A DNA stretch of 51,398 bases from Cyanophora paradoxa CCMP329 (GCA_004431415.1 QPMI01000669.1:1-51398); one strand, 5' to 3'. Positions 1-13,437 are shown, counted from the first letter of the stretch. The notes: generated from the letters alone by a model not told the origin. Translations and numbers: made by a program.

Positions 1-336
1 GGGAGCCACCCGTAGACCATGCCTGCAGGGCGGTCAGCGGCAGAAGCGCACCGCGGAGAGCGCGCCCGCCTTCGGCCGCCCGGGGAAGCGCACCTTCGAC
101 AAATCGCCTTGATGCAGCAGAGCCGAGCTTTCGGAACCGACGGAGCTGCCCGGTCAAGAGTTCCTCCCAAGCGGTCCGACGGTCTGCTGGCAGCTCGCCC
201 GCTGCACGATACACGAAAGTGAGCTGCGAGCGAGCGAGAGGCGGGCGATGGCAGCAGCGATGCCAGAAAACCGCCGGCTGCGCACCTGCATGCGGATGCT
301 AAACCAGCGCGATGGGCACGGTACCCCCCTCAACAT
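1..336 (-). CDS. 5' part of an LRR-protein paralog (continues off the left edge)
   Basis: Exons 336-286, 223-94 and 22-1 join in frame via GT-AG introns: MLRGVPCPSRWFSIRMQ|LTFVYRAAGELPADRRTAWEELLTGQLRRFRKLGSAASRRFVE-G|MVYGWLP. The last exon matches the MGRGWIP start and the ctgaccgcc..cag acceptor of the LRR genes at 3776 and 30172. Confidence 0.6.
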
Positions 337-2236
337 AGCGCACCGCTATTTAGCACCGCTTATAGCGCGGCATGGGCACGGTATTTAGCGCATGTAGCGC
401 GCATGTACCGCGTCTAGTGCGTTCATCATCGTGCGTACGCGTGATCATTTTCTCAGTGCTTGTACGAATTATCCTTGCACGCGTGCGTGAGCGCCGCCGC
501 CAGAGGCATCGCTTGATCGATTCTACCCACTCCAGTCTCGGGAGGTTCAATCTCGGCCGGGGTGCGCTCCGCGGTACGGTGGGAGGCTGAGTCTCGGCCG
601 CGGCCGGGATGCGTGACGCAGCCCGCAGACGCGTGACGGCGCGTGACGGCCCTCGCGTGACAGCGTGCTCGAGCTCGGGCCGGCGGGCAGCCGCGGGGCG
701 GAAGCCCGTCCCCCGGCTCGAGCCTCGGAGGGCCCCCGCTCGCCCCACGGCCGCCCCGCCTCGCTTTCCGCGCGTACCCCGCGTCGGGGGCGGGCCCCGC
801 CCTCCTCGACCATCGCGAGCCCGGCGCCCCCCCAAGCCCGCCTCCCGCCGGCGCGGCCCTCACTGAGTCAGTCGAGCCGCCGGCGCTGCCGGAGCGGCCC
901 GCGAACTGCGGTGGGGCGCGCCGTCGGCCGCGGCGCCGGCGCCGGCGCCCCTCTCCGCCTCCCCGCGCCCCTCGCGCCCGCCCGCCCCGCCCGGGCCCGC
1001 CCCCGTCGCCGCCACGGCGCGGGTCGCGGCCGGCTCGCCCCCGGCGCCGCCCTGGCGGGGCGCGCCGCGGGGGGGCGGAGCAGCCCCGGAGCCGCTGCCC
1101 CCGCGGGCGGGGCGAGGAGGCCGCCCGCACCGCACCGCTCCTCGCGAGAAGCCGCCCGCCCTCTCCCCCCGCCCGCTCGCCCTCTCCCCGCCCCCCCCCC
1201 CCCCCCCCCCCCCCCCGCCCGCTTCGCCGGCGCGGTCCGTACCCCTCGCTCACCTTCGCCCCGCAGGCGCCAGCCCGAGCTTCCAGGCGCCAGCCGCCCG
1301 CCCTCGGGTTCACAGGCTGGAGGCCCGAGGCTGGACGGCCGCCGGCGGGGCGAGGGGACTCCGCCCGAGCCGCGCGCCCCTCGATCGAGCCGCCGAGCGT
1401 CCGCACCCGTAGGCCTCGTACCCCTTCCCTGCCCCCTCCCTCCCCTCTCTCTTCTGCCCGGAGGGAGCCTCGAGCTCCTCCGAGGCTCGAGCGCCCATAT
1501 ATACCCCCGCCCTTCCCTCCTCCTCTACCAGGCCGCGAGCCCCCCCCCCCCCCCTCCCCCCCCCCTCAGCCGCCTCGTCTGCAGCTGCCGGCTCGCCCCG
1601 CCGCCGCGCAGGCCCCGCCGTCCTCCGAGGCTCCTCAGCCTCCCTGGGCCCTCGCTGTAGGCCTCCCTAAGTCCCCGGGCGTGCGGTCGCCCCCGGCCCT
1701 GGCCACCCGGTCCACTGAGCCGCGCGCCCCGCGGGGCCCGGGTCGGGCCTCCCGGACCTCCTCGCGGGCCCCCGCCGCTCCGGGCGGCCGCCCCCTCGCG
1801 CTTCTCATCACACAGCTTTCTACCTCCTCCATCCCGGAGTCCGTTTCCTTAGCAGTCCATCGGAGTCCTCCTCCTCCTCCTCCCACCCCCCTCCTTCCCT
1901 CGATCGCGATAACATTCAGGAGGCTGGCCATGGATGCATTGATAACATTCAGGGGGCTGGACTGCAACAGAAATCAAAATTAAAAGACTTCGAAAATTCA
2001 TGATCAGCAGTAACACACAGTAGACATCAACGTACAGAAACAACTTCGTGCATCGAGGCTCGGAGGCGCTAGGGAGTCTATATCGAAGGCGGTCATCTGG
2101 GCGGCAGGGCGCCCTGCGTGGGCCAGGGAGCCTGCGAGGGCGCCGGGAGAAGCTAGGCGCCGGGAGGAGCTTCGAAGCTCGGGACGCCCCCGCTATAGAA
2201 CTAGCTAGCTATGACTATAGCGGGGCGCGGTCAAGC

Positions 2237-3776
2237 TCAGTCGTAGATGGGGACGGACCCCCCGAAGCGCTCGCGGCAAATGGGGCACTTTCCGTCCCCG
2301 CTGGCGATAGGTTGGACGCAGGCCGCGCAGACGACGTGCCCGCAGGGGTGCAGGAGCCGCCGCTCGCCCCGCTCCTTCTCCTCCAAGCATATCTGCCGGC
2401 CCAGCATCAAGCGGACCGGCGGCGGCTGGCTCAGACTGCAGCCCGCGCGGCAGCGCACCGGGCACTCGAATCGGTTGAGCGCGGCGGCCCGCGCAGCGAT
2501 CCGCAGCTCTTCCACGCGCGCCAGGGCCGCCTTCAGCCGCTCGGCTGCCGCGGCGAGCTCCGCCTCGCCCCAGGGCCGGCCACCTGGCGCCGCCGCGGCG
2601 CTGCCGCCCTCGTACAGCGACAGCCGCTCCCGGAGCCCCGCCGCCTCCGCCGCTGCCTCCGCCGCGGCCTCTGCGGCAACCGCCTGAGCCTGCTCCCTCG
2701 CGAGGGCCTCTGCCCGCTCTTGCGAGGCGCGTTGCGCCGCAGCCTCCGCCTGCGCCTGCACCGCCCGCTCCTCGGCCGGAGACGCGCAGCCTCCGCCTCC
2801 GCCAGCCGCCCGCGGAGCTCCGCCGCCTCCGCCGCCGCCCGCCGCTCGCGCTGCGCAGCGGCCTCGAGCTCCGCCCGCGCCTCCGCCGCCTCGGTCCGCG
2901 CCTCCGTCAGCGCTGCCTCCCGCTCCCTCGCGAGGCCCTCGGCCCGCTCCTCGGCGAGGGCCGCCGCCCGCGCCTCGGCCCGTAGCCCCTCCCCGGAGGC
3001 CTTCATCCGCTCGGCCGCCGCCTCGAGCTGCTCGGCCGCCGCCTCCAGCTGCAGGCGAGGGCCGGGCCCCGCTGCAGGACGCGCTCGCGTAAGATGGCCG
3101 GAAAGAGAACCGGCGAGCAAGGGCAGCGCGGACCAGGGGCCGGGGCAGTCAAGGTGGAGGGAGGATGGGGTGCGGGCGGGGCGGCGGGGGCGGGCTGCGG
3201 CGGGGGGTGAGGGGCGGGGCGCGGGGGCGGGGCGGCGGGGCGCACCGCGGGGGCGGGGGCGAGGAGGGAGCGGAGGTGGGGCATGACGGCGGCGCACTGG
3301 GCTGTACCGTAATCCTTGTTGTGGTTGACAGCGCGGCGGACGGGCTCGGGCCAGGAGTCCACGACGGGATTTTTGTGCACGTACAGCGTCTGCAGGGCGG
3401 AGAGGCGGCCGATCTCGGGCGGTAGTGACGTCAGCAGGTTGTCGCTCACATCCAGCCACTGCAGGATGGCGAGGCGGCCGATCTCCGGCGGCAGCGCCGT
3501 CAGCTTGTTCATGCACACGCGCAGGTACTGCAGGGCAGCAAGGCGGCCGATCTCCGGCGGCAGCATCGTCAGGTGGTTGCTCCACAGCAGCAGCATCTCC
3601 AGGTTCGTCAGCTTGGCGAGCTCGGCCCCCGGGATGTGCGTGAGCCAATTGCCGACGAGGTCGAGCACGCGGATGTTCTCGGGCCCCGCCGCCGCGATCT
3701 CCGCCGCCGGCCACTCCGCCCGCCTCTCGTTCAATAGCTCCAGCTTCCCCTCCGCCGGGATCCAACCCCTGCCCAT
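2237..3776 (-). CDS. LRR + coiled-coil + C3HC4 RING E3 ubiquitin ligase (LRSAM1-like architecture)
   Basis: Exon 3776-3246 has 23-aa LRRs (LTxLPPEIGRLxxLQxLxVxxN). Intron 3245-3049 is followed by an Ala/Glu coiled coil with a 1-nt frameshift near 2775. Intron 2458-2393 joins FECP|ICLEE...CGHVVCAAC...CPICR, a complete RING. Confidence 0.85.
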
Positions 3777-5651
3777 GCCTGCGGGGCGGTCAGCGGCAGA
3801 AGCACGCCGCTGGGAGCCGCCCCGCCCGCGCTGAATTCGAACCGAGAGCGAATTAAGCGATTCGTAGGTTCTAGACCGGGATCCGCCCAGCGGAGGATCG
3901 CCTTGCCGCAGCAGAGCCAAGCTTTCGGAACCGACGGAGCTGCCCGGTCAAGAGTTCCTCCCACGCGGTCCGACGGTCTGCTGACCGCTCGCCCGCTGCA
4001 CGGCCTGCACGGTACACGAAGCTACGAATGAGCTGCGAGCGAGGGCCGGCTGCGCATCTGCAGCTGCCTAAATCAGCGCGATGGGCACGGTACCCCCCTC
4101 AACAGAGCGCGGTCTGAGCGCCGCTCTGAGCGCGGCGTATTAGCGCATGTAGCGCGCGTAACAGGCCCTCAGCGCGTTGTCGCTGAGTACGCTGCTCCCT
4201 GTAGATGTCGACCTCCCCAAGCGCCCAGCCCGGGCGTGGCTAAGCCGGCGCGCTGCTGCAGGCGCTGCTGCCGACTCGAGGGCCCTCCCGCAAGCTGCGC
4301 CGCCGCGCCCGCCCCGCGGCAGCCCCGCCTCGCGCATCGCGCGCTTTCCACGCGTACCCCGCGCGCGCGCGGCGGGCCCCGCCCTCGGGGCCGGGGCGGG
4401 CCCGGTCCTCCTCGGCCATCGCGAGCCTCCTCCGCCCCCCTCCCGCCCCCTCCCGATCCCGATCGCGCCCTCGCGCTCACGTGCGCGCCGGGCCGGGACG
4501 GGCCCACCGCGCGCCTCAGGCGAGCCGCCGCGCCGGCGCTGCCCGAGCGCCCCGCGGCGGGGCGCGCCGTCGGTCGCGGCGCCTGTGCCGGCACCGCCGC
4601 CCCAGGAGCTCGCGCCGGCGCCGCCCGCCCGCCCCGGGCCCGCCCCAGCGCCGCCCGGCGCGGGGCGCGGCCGGCAGGGGGCGGAGCAGCCCCGGGGCCC
4701 CGCGCCCGCCCCGCGGGGCGGGGCGCGGAGGGCCGTCCGCCCTCGCCGCTCCTCGCTAGAAGCCGCCGGCCCCCTCCCCCGCACCCCCCACCGCCCCCGC
4801 CGGCCCGCCGGCGCAGCCCGTACCCCTCGCTCACCCCGCCCCGCAGGCGCCAGCCCGCGCTCCCGGGCGCCAGCTGCCTGCCCTCGGGTTCACAGGCTGG
4901 AGGCCCGAGGCTGGAAGGCCGCCGGCCGGGCGAGGGGACTCCACCTGAGCCGCGCCTCCTCGGATCCAGCCGCCGAGCGCCCGTACCCCTGTTCTGCAGG
5001 CCTCGTACCCCCCTTCCCTCCCCCCTTCCGCCCGTACCCCAACCCTTCCTCCTCCTCTCCCCGGGCCTCGAGTTCCTCGAGCTCCTCTCCCGGCCCGGCG
5101 CCCCCGCCGTCCTCGAGCGCCCCCCCCCCCCCCCCCCCAATCCCCAATCCCCCCTCCCCCTCCCCAGCGGCCTCCGCTCCCCGGCCCCTCCGGCCCCGCC
5201 GCCTCGCCTGCTGCAGCCGGATCGCCCCGCCGTCCTCCTCGAACTCCTGAGCGCTCCCTTAGCCGCTGAGCCCGCGGCCGGGCGTGCGGTCTCCCCCGGC
5301 GTCGTCCATCCGATCCGCTGAGCCGCGCCCCCCCCCCCCCCCCCCCCCCCCCTCTTCCCTGCCCTCCTCTCGAGCTTCGTCTTCCCCCCCCTCCCCCCCT
5401 CCCCCCCCTCCCCCCCCCCCCGCGGCCCCCCCCCCCCCCCCCCCCCCCGCGGCCCCCGCGGGCCTTCTCCTCCTTCACCTCCACCCTCTCCCCCTCTCCT
5501 CTCGGGCCCCCAGCGCCCCCGCCGGCCCCGGCCCGCCGCCCCCTGGCCATCCGATCCGCTGAGCCGAGCGCCTCGTCCCCACGTGCACCGCCTCCGCCTC
5601 CTCTGCATATTGATCCTCTCGGCGCCGGGCCAGCAAGTCTAGTACTACTCG

Positions 5652-5766
5652 CTCAGTGATATGGATTTCTCCCCTATGGGAGAAGCTCCCCCCTCCCCCC
5701 CCGCGCCCCCTTCCGCCTCCCCGGCCTCAGTGATATGGATTTCGAGTGGCTCAGTGATATGGATTT
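5652..5766 (+). repeat. Three copies of CTCAGTGATATGGATTT
   Basis: Exact 17-mer at 5652, 5726 and 5750, downstream of the kinase stop. Confidence 0.8.
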
Positions 5767-5865
5767 CCGAAAAGTTCGAGTACTTGGTTCATTCAGGTTT
5801 ATAGAAGTGGGATCCTGCCTACAGCACGTCTCGAGCTCTGTACAGGGGCGCGGCGGCTGCTCCAA

Positions 5866-8800
5866 TCACGACTGGATCCGGAAGAACTGCTTCAGGCGGT
5901 GCTTGAAGCCGTGCTGCTTCTTCGAAGGTGGGCGCTCGCGATCGGCCCCCGCGCACGGCGTCTGCGGCTCCGCCTCCGGATCCGCGACCGCCCCCACGAC
6001 CGTGCGCGGCGTCTCCAGCGGCGAGGGGCCGGCGGCGGCGCCCTTGGCCGTGGGCGGCGTGGCGGGCGACTCGAAGCCGGAGGTGAGGGCGGCCGGGGGC
6101 GAGGAGCCTTTCTTCCCGCTGGATGCCGCGGATCCGGAGCCGGAGCCGGCGGCGGAGGGCGGCGGGCCGAGGCGGCGGGGCGTCTGGGCGGGCGTGTCCG
6201 TGCCCGACGAGCTGATCTCGATGAGGGCCGGCAGGCCGGCGTACGAGACGGCGGTCGGGACCAGGTTCGCGCGGGAGGCCGGCGGCGTGAGCGCGAGTGC
6301 CAGCGCGGCGGGGTTGACGCTGGACATGGCCGCCGGCTGCTGCAGCTTCTTGCCTGCTCGTGCGAGTGAGCAGAGCGTTTCTTGCGGTCTCTGCAAAAGA
6401 TTTTCGCGGGGCTCACCCTTCTTCGGCGGGGTCAGGAAGGTGCGCTTCTTAACCTTCCCCACTGCGGAGGCAGCGTTAGAGCCGCGAGCGAAAATTTCCA
6501 GCTGCGAAATTCAGGGGAAAGCAGAGGGGCGGACTCGGCAGGATCTCGAAGGGGTCGAACTTGCCCATCTGCGAAAATATTATTAGTGAATCGACGTCAG
6601 CGCGAAACATGTAGCCGCTGAGATCATCGACGCAGGGTTTAATTTTCGCGCCTTGAACGGGGAGCGCTTCGGGGTGGCCGGCGTCTGGACGGCGGGGTGG
6701 GGCGCGCCGGCCCCGGCGTGGGTGGAGGCGCCCGCCGCCGCGGGGCCGCCGCCGGCGCCGCCGCTCGCGGCCTTGCCTCCCGGGGCGACGGGGACCGGGA
6801 TCGGCTCGAGCGGGCCTGCCACGTGCACGGATCAAATAACGTCGTAATAATCAATTTTATCTATAGATCTGGATTGATCTGGAGCTTGATATTGAAGCCA
6901 GCCATATGCATGATTATTTTAGACTTGCGCATGCGGCGTATACGTACCGACTTCCCAGGAGTCCTCGGGGAAGGCTTAACAGAAGGCTTAATAGAGGTTT
7001 AATAACAGATCTAGATTTGATCTCGAGGTTGATATTGAAGCCAGCCATGCATATGATTATTCTAGACCTAATTATAACGCGTACCGACGTCCCAGGAGTC
7101 CTCGGGGAAAGCGTGGTGCGGGATGATCGGCGGCCGCTGGTTGCGCACCAGCGCCCACTTGACGGACCTGCGCGTGCGCGAGTGAGAGGCAACGGAGCGA
7201 TCACGAGAGAATTTCAAGTGGCCCTGAAGACGGACTTGAACCAGGGGTGGCCCTTGATCTCGATCGCGTCGTTCGAGTAGCTGATCACGAGAAGGAAGAG
7301 AAAGAGGATCAGGGAAACGACTTCGACAAGCCAGCAGCAAAATTAGACGAAGAATATTTCATCGCACCCGAGGCGCTCCTTCGGGTCGAGGCGCAGGAGC
7401 CGCGTGATGAGGTCGCGGCAGTCCTCGCTCACCTGAGCGCAGAAATTAGATTCGGAAGAAAGAGAGGAGAAAGATGAAATTTAAAGAAAGAAAGGAAGAA
7501 GAAAGTGCGCACGGAGGGAATGTCCGGCATGACGAGCTCCTGCTGGAGGATGTTCGAGCACTTCTCCTTCAGCGAGGTGCCCCCGAAGGGCGGGAAGCCG
7601 AACTGCGAGGGGCCGGGGCGGCGTCGATTTCGCGAAGGAAGAGAGAAGCTTGAAAAATTTAGTAGAAGAGATGGAAAGGGTTCGCACCACCATCTCGTAG
7701 ATGAGAATGCCGAGGGACCACCAGTCGACGCTCACGTCGTGGCCCGAACCCTTGATCACCTCTGCGCGGGCGCGCGAAATTTAAATATACATTCACGGTG
7801 CCTATAGATTGCGAAAGCGATACGATTGCGAGCGCAAAAACGGAGCGGACCCGGCGCGAGGTAGTCGGGGGTCCTGAAGAGGGGATCAAATTTAAATCGA
7901 GATCAAATTTTACAATATCAGGAGATAATTAAGAGGGGCGGACCCGACGAAGGAGTGGGAGTTCTCGACGATGCGCTCGGCCTTTTCCATCGGCGAGCGC
8001 GAGAAGGAGCCCGTCGAGTTGCGGCGGCGCTCCCGCCGCGTCGCGCAGCCGAGCTGCGCGGCGAGGGGATCTCATGATCAGGATGCGCGAATATTTGGAC
8101 AGCGAAGGAAAGGAGAAGCTTAAGGAGAAAAGGAAAGGAGAACGAAAGGAGGGCGCACGACCTCCTTGACGTGGGCCGCGAGGACGCGGGGCGCGAGCTT
8201 GGGGCTCTCCTTGCTCAGGTCAAAGTCCTGCAGAAGACCGCTCGAAAGAAAGAAACATAAGAGAGAAACACCGAAAAATGCGCACGGTGAGCATGATGTG
8301 GCCGCTCTCTGCGAACGAAAACGGCCTCGAACAAAACCGAATTTGATTAGAGAAAAGAGAAATTAAAGCAAACCGTGGACGAGGATGTTCTCGGGCTTGA
8401 GGTCTGATCGTCCAAAAGCGCCGATCAGAAAAAGCGGAAAGGAGGAAGCGCGTGACGAGAACGCGTGCGAACCGCGGTACATGAAGCCGAGAATGTGGAG
8501 GAACTCGAGCGCGAGCACCACCTGCGCGCCTTGCCGCCCCGCCGCGATAAGGAGACCGCTCGAGCATATTCTGAGCGGCGAAAGAAACGCGGTCGCCTCC
8601 GACGCGTAGAAGCGGGCAGTGGACTCCGGGAAGCGGCGCGTGGGCTGCTTCTGCAACGACCCGTAAGTCAGCGCAGTGCTTGCAGCTGGCGCATGCGCAC
8701 TTCAACAGTAAGCTCAAAACAAGCGCTGGCTCACCTGCAGGAGTTTGAACAGGTCGCCGCCAGCGCCTGCGGAATGGGGTTCAACTGAAGATGCGGGGCG

Positions 8801-9650
8801 AGGCGGTGAGCTCAAGCTTGAGGGCCAGATTTCGCACAGTACTCGAGCAGGAAGTAGATCTGATCGCAGCGAGCCGCGTAAGAGAAGGAAGCCGCAGACA
8901 AAATCGAGATCAAATGCCGCAGCGCGTACTTTCTGCTTTGACTGGAAGGAGCCGTACAGGCGAGCGATGAACGGGTGATCGGCCGCTGCAAGGATGTCCC
9001 GCTCGACCATGACGCGCTTCAGCTGCGCGAAAAGCGTCACTTTCGATTGCAAAGACGTCCGGCGCGCCCACGTGCACCCCGCACCTTCGAGCGCTTGAGC
9101 TGTTGAAATGCGCAAAAGAGATCACGTCAGAAAGTGCGGAACGCGAAAATTCGAATTTGAATTCGAAGTTTGCGGCCGCTGCCCCAGACCCCGCGCTGCT
9201 CCCGGGCGAAGCGCACCATCTCCGACTTGTCCAATACCTTCATGGCGTAGAGCTTGCTCGTTCCTACCGCGCTGCGCGTCAGCTTTTGCGCCAGGGGGCG
9301 AAAGAACGGGTCGGATTCAAAAGATGCGAGCCGCACCTTTTAGGCTCACAAGATAGACCTTTCCGACGTCTGCAAGCCCAAGCAAGCACGCGAATGCAAA
9401 TAAGTGGGGCGATTTCGCGCCCCAAATCCGCGGTGCGCGGCATAAAAACTCCGATGGGCGCCGGCGATGGGCGAAGCGGGAATGCTCTCCCGGGCGCCGC
9501 ACGCGCACCTCCCTGCCCGAGAAGGCGAAGGCGAGTGAAGTTGTCGGACCGCAGGTGCTTGTTTTCATCGATGCTGAAGCGCGCCTTCTTCTTTCGAGCG
9601 CTGAGGGCGCGAGGAAGCCCCTCGCCGGGATCGCGGCTGAGGCTCGTCAT
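5866..9650 (-). CDS. AGC Ser/Thr kinase, phototropin-kinase/PVPK/FPK1(KIN82)-like, multi-exon, with a low-complexity C-tail
   Basis: Spliced motifs: RLLGQG-DVGKVYLV, YAMKVLDK, ERDILAAADHPFIARLY, ARFYASE-VVLALEFLH, YR-DLKPENIL, GHIMLT-DFDLS (DFD instead of DFG), HSFVG-TPDYLAP, VDWWSLGILIYEM, EIKGHPWF, WALVRNQRPPIIP. No LOV domains seen. Confidence 0.9.
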
Positions 9651-9817
9651 TCTACGGGGACCCGACCGGTCCTGCTACGGTTTCTAGGAGCGGCTGGTTC
9701 GGGTTGCGCTTTTCGCGCTTCGCTTTCCGGGTACAGAATGCGAGGGGGGGGGAGCTCCGACTTCAACTGGCGCAAAATGCTCGGCAATCAATTTCGCGAA
9801 TGTCATATGCATGCGAA

Positions 9818-10040
9818 GCGCGCCCGCTTGCCCGAGGCGCAAGCGCCCGCTAGAATATGAGACATCGGGCTCCCGAGGCGCAAGCGCCCGCTAGATATAG
9901 AATATGAGACATCTGTCCAAGCTTTAAATAATTTGTCAAGGCAGGCGCGGGGCAACAGCGGGCAAGCTTTGGCCAAGGCAGGCGCGGGGCAACAGCGGGC
10001 AAGCTTTGCCAAGTTGGCCAAGGCAGTCGCGGGGCAACCG
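9818..10040. repeat. Short tandem repeats upstream of the kinase
   Basis: cccgaggcgcaagcgcccgctaga and aatatgagacatc each occur twice. caaggcaggcgcggggcaacagcgggcaagctttg occurs twice plus a degenerate third copy. Confidence 0.75.
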
Positions 10041-10826
10041 CGGGTCTGGCCCGGAGGCCCGCGAGCGGGGGGCGCCGGCCGCGGCGCTGCTAGTGCTGCG
10101 GCTGGCCATGGAGTCGGGGAGCGATCAAATCGGGGGCCGGCGCGCGCGGCACAGAGGTGAATGGGTAGTGAAGTAAATTTACTGAGGTTAGCCGCTGAGC
10201 GAGCCGGCTGGTCTAGCCCCGATTTTAATTTGCCGTCGAACTTCAAATTTAGAATTCGCACTGCGGCATGCAATGATGCGCGATTTAATTTCGCAAACAA
10301 GCGCGGTGCCCGATCGCGAGCCGCCTCATTTCGCGCACAGCCACGTGCACTACCACACTGCGTGTCAGATGACCCGGCCCTGAAAACAGTAGCAATTCAT
10401 GATCAATGATTTGCAAGCGCCTCGCACCTTGCCGCGCAACTCGCGCCACCACGTTCATGCCTGTCAGCAGCACCAGTAGCTATAGCCGCACAAAACACTC
10501 CCTTGGCACCTTCTGCGCGTGTCCAGCGGGGCTCTAGATCTCGTGCAGCACGCGTTCGCTTTGCAGGCATCGAGAGCCCCGGCCCGTCCGACGCGTACTA
10601 CGGTACGTATACGGTCCCAGGCAGCCGGCCAACTTGGCAAGCGAATTGGAAACTTTCGCGCCAGCGGCTGCGATCAGCCCCATCATGGCATGGCCAGCCG
10701 ATTCAAAGACGTTCCAGCGCCTCGAGCTCGACCAGTTCACCCGTGCGATTGAAAGTAAAACCTGGAGTTCCGCTTCAAAAATTCATGATCAGTGCATCGC
10801 CGGCGGCCCCCACGGCCGCTAGCGCC

Positions 10827-10933
10827 CCCGCCGCGAAAATTGATCGCAAGCGCGGCTCCACCTTAAGCTTCGAGACTTCCCCCGCCGCGAAAATTGATCG
10901 CAAGCGCGGCTCCACCTTAAGCTTCGAGACTTC
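10827..10933. repeat. ~54-bp tandem duplication
   Basis: cccgccgcgaaaattgatcgcaagcgcggctccaccttaagcttcgagacttc is present twice. Confidence 0.9.
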
Positions 10934-12210
10934 GAATTCCCCAGGCCCCTCGGCGCCCCAGGCACGAAGCTCTCCGCTCGCCTTGTCAGCGGCGAGTACA
11001 TCGACCTCCTTCCCCACGTTTTAAATTTCCGCCCCGCTTTCTAGATCTCCTCCCAACCGGTCGACATGCAATTGCAAGCCCGCCTCCGTCGACCCCACCA
11101 TCTCTGCTATCCTTTCCGCGGCCGGCCTCCGCACTGCCTCGCTTTGCGTCGCGTCCTCGCGATCGCGTCCCGCCCACGGGCGATCTGATGAAAAGCGTGA
11201 TCCTAGCTATAGTCTCGCGCTTTAAGGCCCTAGGCCTGAGGCTTTGTGTCATTCGTGTCATTCACGCCGCTGCAGAGGGCTACCCGCAGCACCGGTACCC
11301 CGCGCACGTCCTCTTGCAATATATATCCGCCGCCGCAGCAGCCCGCGGCCGGGTACGGCCAGCCGCAGATGCCGTAACTATGTAAGGGCAGCCGCCGATG
11401 GACCAGGTGCCGTACGGCCAGCTTATATATATGGGGCAGTTTGGCTCGCTTCGAATTCTGGCCCCCTCTGTTCTCTCGCCTTCGCTCCTCTGACCGCCCT
11501 GCAGCCCTATATATAATAATTATGTGCCCAACAGCTATGAGGCAGCCGCTGAGCTGCAGGTACCCGCGGCCGACGCCCCGCGTCCCCGCGAAATCCCTTA
11601 CGTATATACCTCTCGGCCCCTCTGAGCGCTCGGCTAACCGATGATGGGCGGCGCCTAGGCCGTAATTATATAACCCGGCCCGCCGCACCTTGTCCCTCTC
11701 CACTCCACCCGGCCTCTGTCAAATTGCCCAGTACAATATTAATAGCTCCACCCTTTCCGGTTTCTGATGGCTAGCTTTTCGCCTTACACGCGTAATATAA
11801 CAGCTTGTGTTCCCACATGTACTGTACATGCCGCAGTGCGGTTTGAGACGGCCGGAGGCTCTAAATGCCTAATGTACATGTTAACCGAGGCTCAGCCGGT
11901 CGTGTAAACCGATTTAATCCGCAAGTGTCGACGTCCCGGAGTCCGCTGGTTTCCTAATTTTATAAGTTGTAAATTGTGACTTCGTATATTGCCGCTGTGC
12001 AGCTGCAGGCATACGCATTAATGGAAATCGAAAGAGTATTTACATGCAAGGCACGCGCACGTGCCACCGTACCGTGGAATACTTCCAATGATGCGTACAT
12101 CTAGTGCGCATGCATGTTCATGGCGAGGCTGACAGAGACGATGCATATGATCGAGAGCAACAGCCCAATCTAGTGGCATCGTGATCAATCACAAATTGAA
12201 ATCAATCACA

Positions 12211-13395
12211 TTACATCGCGCGCGCGCACCGGCGAGAGCACAGCTGTATACGTAGCGCCGCTCCAGTAAGGGATGGATGGGACACTCCCAGCGGCGACGG
12301 GGTACCAAGCAAAGACCTGGCAGCACCAAAGTTATACGCATAATGATACGAAGCCGGATTTGCGCGCACCCCGCCGATCACGAAGGGCGTGAAGGAATTT
12401 GCGGCGTCGGCGGGGGCAATGCGAAGGTCGTATCCCTTGTTGACTACAAACTGAAGAATTTTGCGTCCGAAGTTCGCGCACGAGCTGGCAGCAGAGATTG
12501 ACGGGATATCTGCCCATGCCCGGTTATCCTCAGACCATGACATCAATTGCAATGTACATGTGCAATTGCATTGCAAGCGCTAGCCCTAGTTGCTGATCAT
12601 GATCATGAGTAACGGATCATCGGATCCTTGGACTATATTTAATATTTCATGAACATGATCAAGTGCTAGCGCACCGAACTGAATGAAGTCGGTCGCAAGG
12701 ACAGGATTGCTTGTTTCAATCGAGCAAGGCGGAGTCACGTCGTAGTTCACGATTTGAATTTTGATCTTGGCGCCGGCCTACGCAATGGCAAGAAAAGAGA
12801 CCAAATTAAAAAACTTTTATACGTTCTGGCTAAAGGGTATGAAATGGGGGTCCATTGGAAATTAAAAAGCACTCACGGGAATGTTGAAGCCCGAGATTTG
12901 TAGTTTGATCGTCTGACCCCCGCTCTGCGTGCGCGTGCCGAATTCAACGTCAATGGATTCGGAAATGCATATGGAATTCGAAATCCAGGCTTTGCATGAT
13001 TATTCGAATCAAAGAGCTGGGGACGATGAAGACCTGAGGCGCGGAAAGTAGGGTCGGTCCAGCGATCGTGAACTTGATTGATCCGTCCTTGAGATACGTG
13101 GTGTTGGTGATGGAGAACTGACAGGCAAAATCGATATCAATTTTGTCCGTGTCAGTGATTACGTACACAAATCGCACGATTTAAGCTCGCAATTGCGATT
13201 CAGGCAGCTCACCGACTTCGATCCGATTGTAACCGTCTGGATGACGACGTGTGCTGCCGGCGCCGATGGCGACGGGGCGGGAGACGGGGGGGTATCGCTT
13301 AAGATCGGCGCCGTGCTAGCTGTAGGTGATGGACTGGGTGCCAAGGGGCTCGGCGACGGGCTCGAGCTTGGGGACGGGCCCGGCGACGGGCTCAA

Positions 13396-13437
<42 letters not shown>

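Larger units (their letters stand above)
1..5600. repeat. Diverged tandem segmental duplication (~3.75 kb period) of the LRR gene unit
   Basis: 1-350 aligns with ~3770-4140 (gctttcggaaccgacggagctgcccggtcaagagttcctccca; gcgcgatgggcacggtacccccctcaac). ~700-1700 aligns with ~4280-5330 (ccctcgggttcacaggctggaggcccgaggctgga). Confidence 0.85.

Noticed and set aside
350-5608. Long Arg/Gly/Pro-rich ORFs (453-1406, 665-1660, 4169-5608, 4177-5250 and others)
   Set aside because: Stop-poor artefacts of very high GC and poly-C tracts. A spliced + strand gene may hide here (conserved RVHRLEARGW block after an acceptor), but I could not build a supported model.
5866-9650. Phototropin call for the kinase
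   Set aside because: No LOV (GRNCRFLQ) domains were found upstream; only the kinase subfamily is supported.
10534-11261. Gene on the - strand around the 54-bp duplication
   Set aside because: Exon-like pieces only, with no recognisable motif or consistent splice model.
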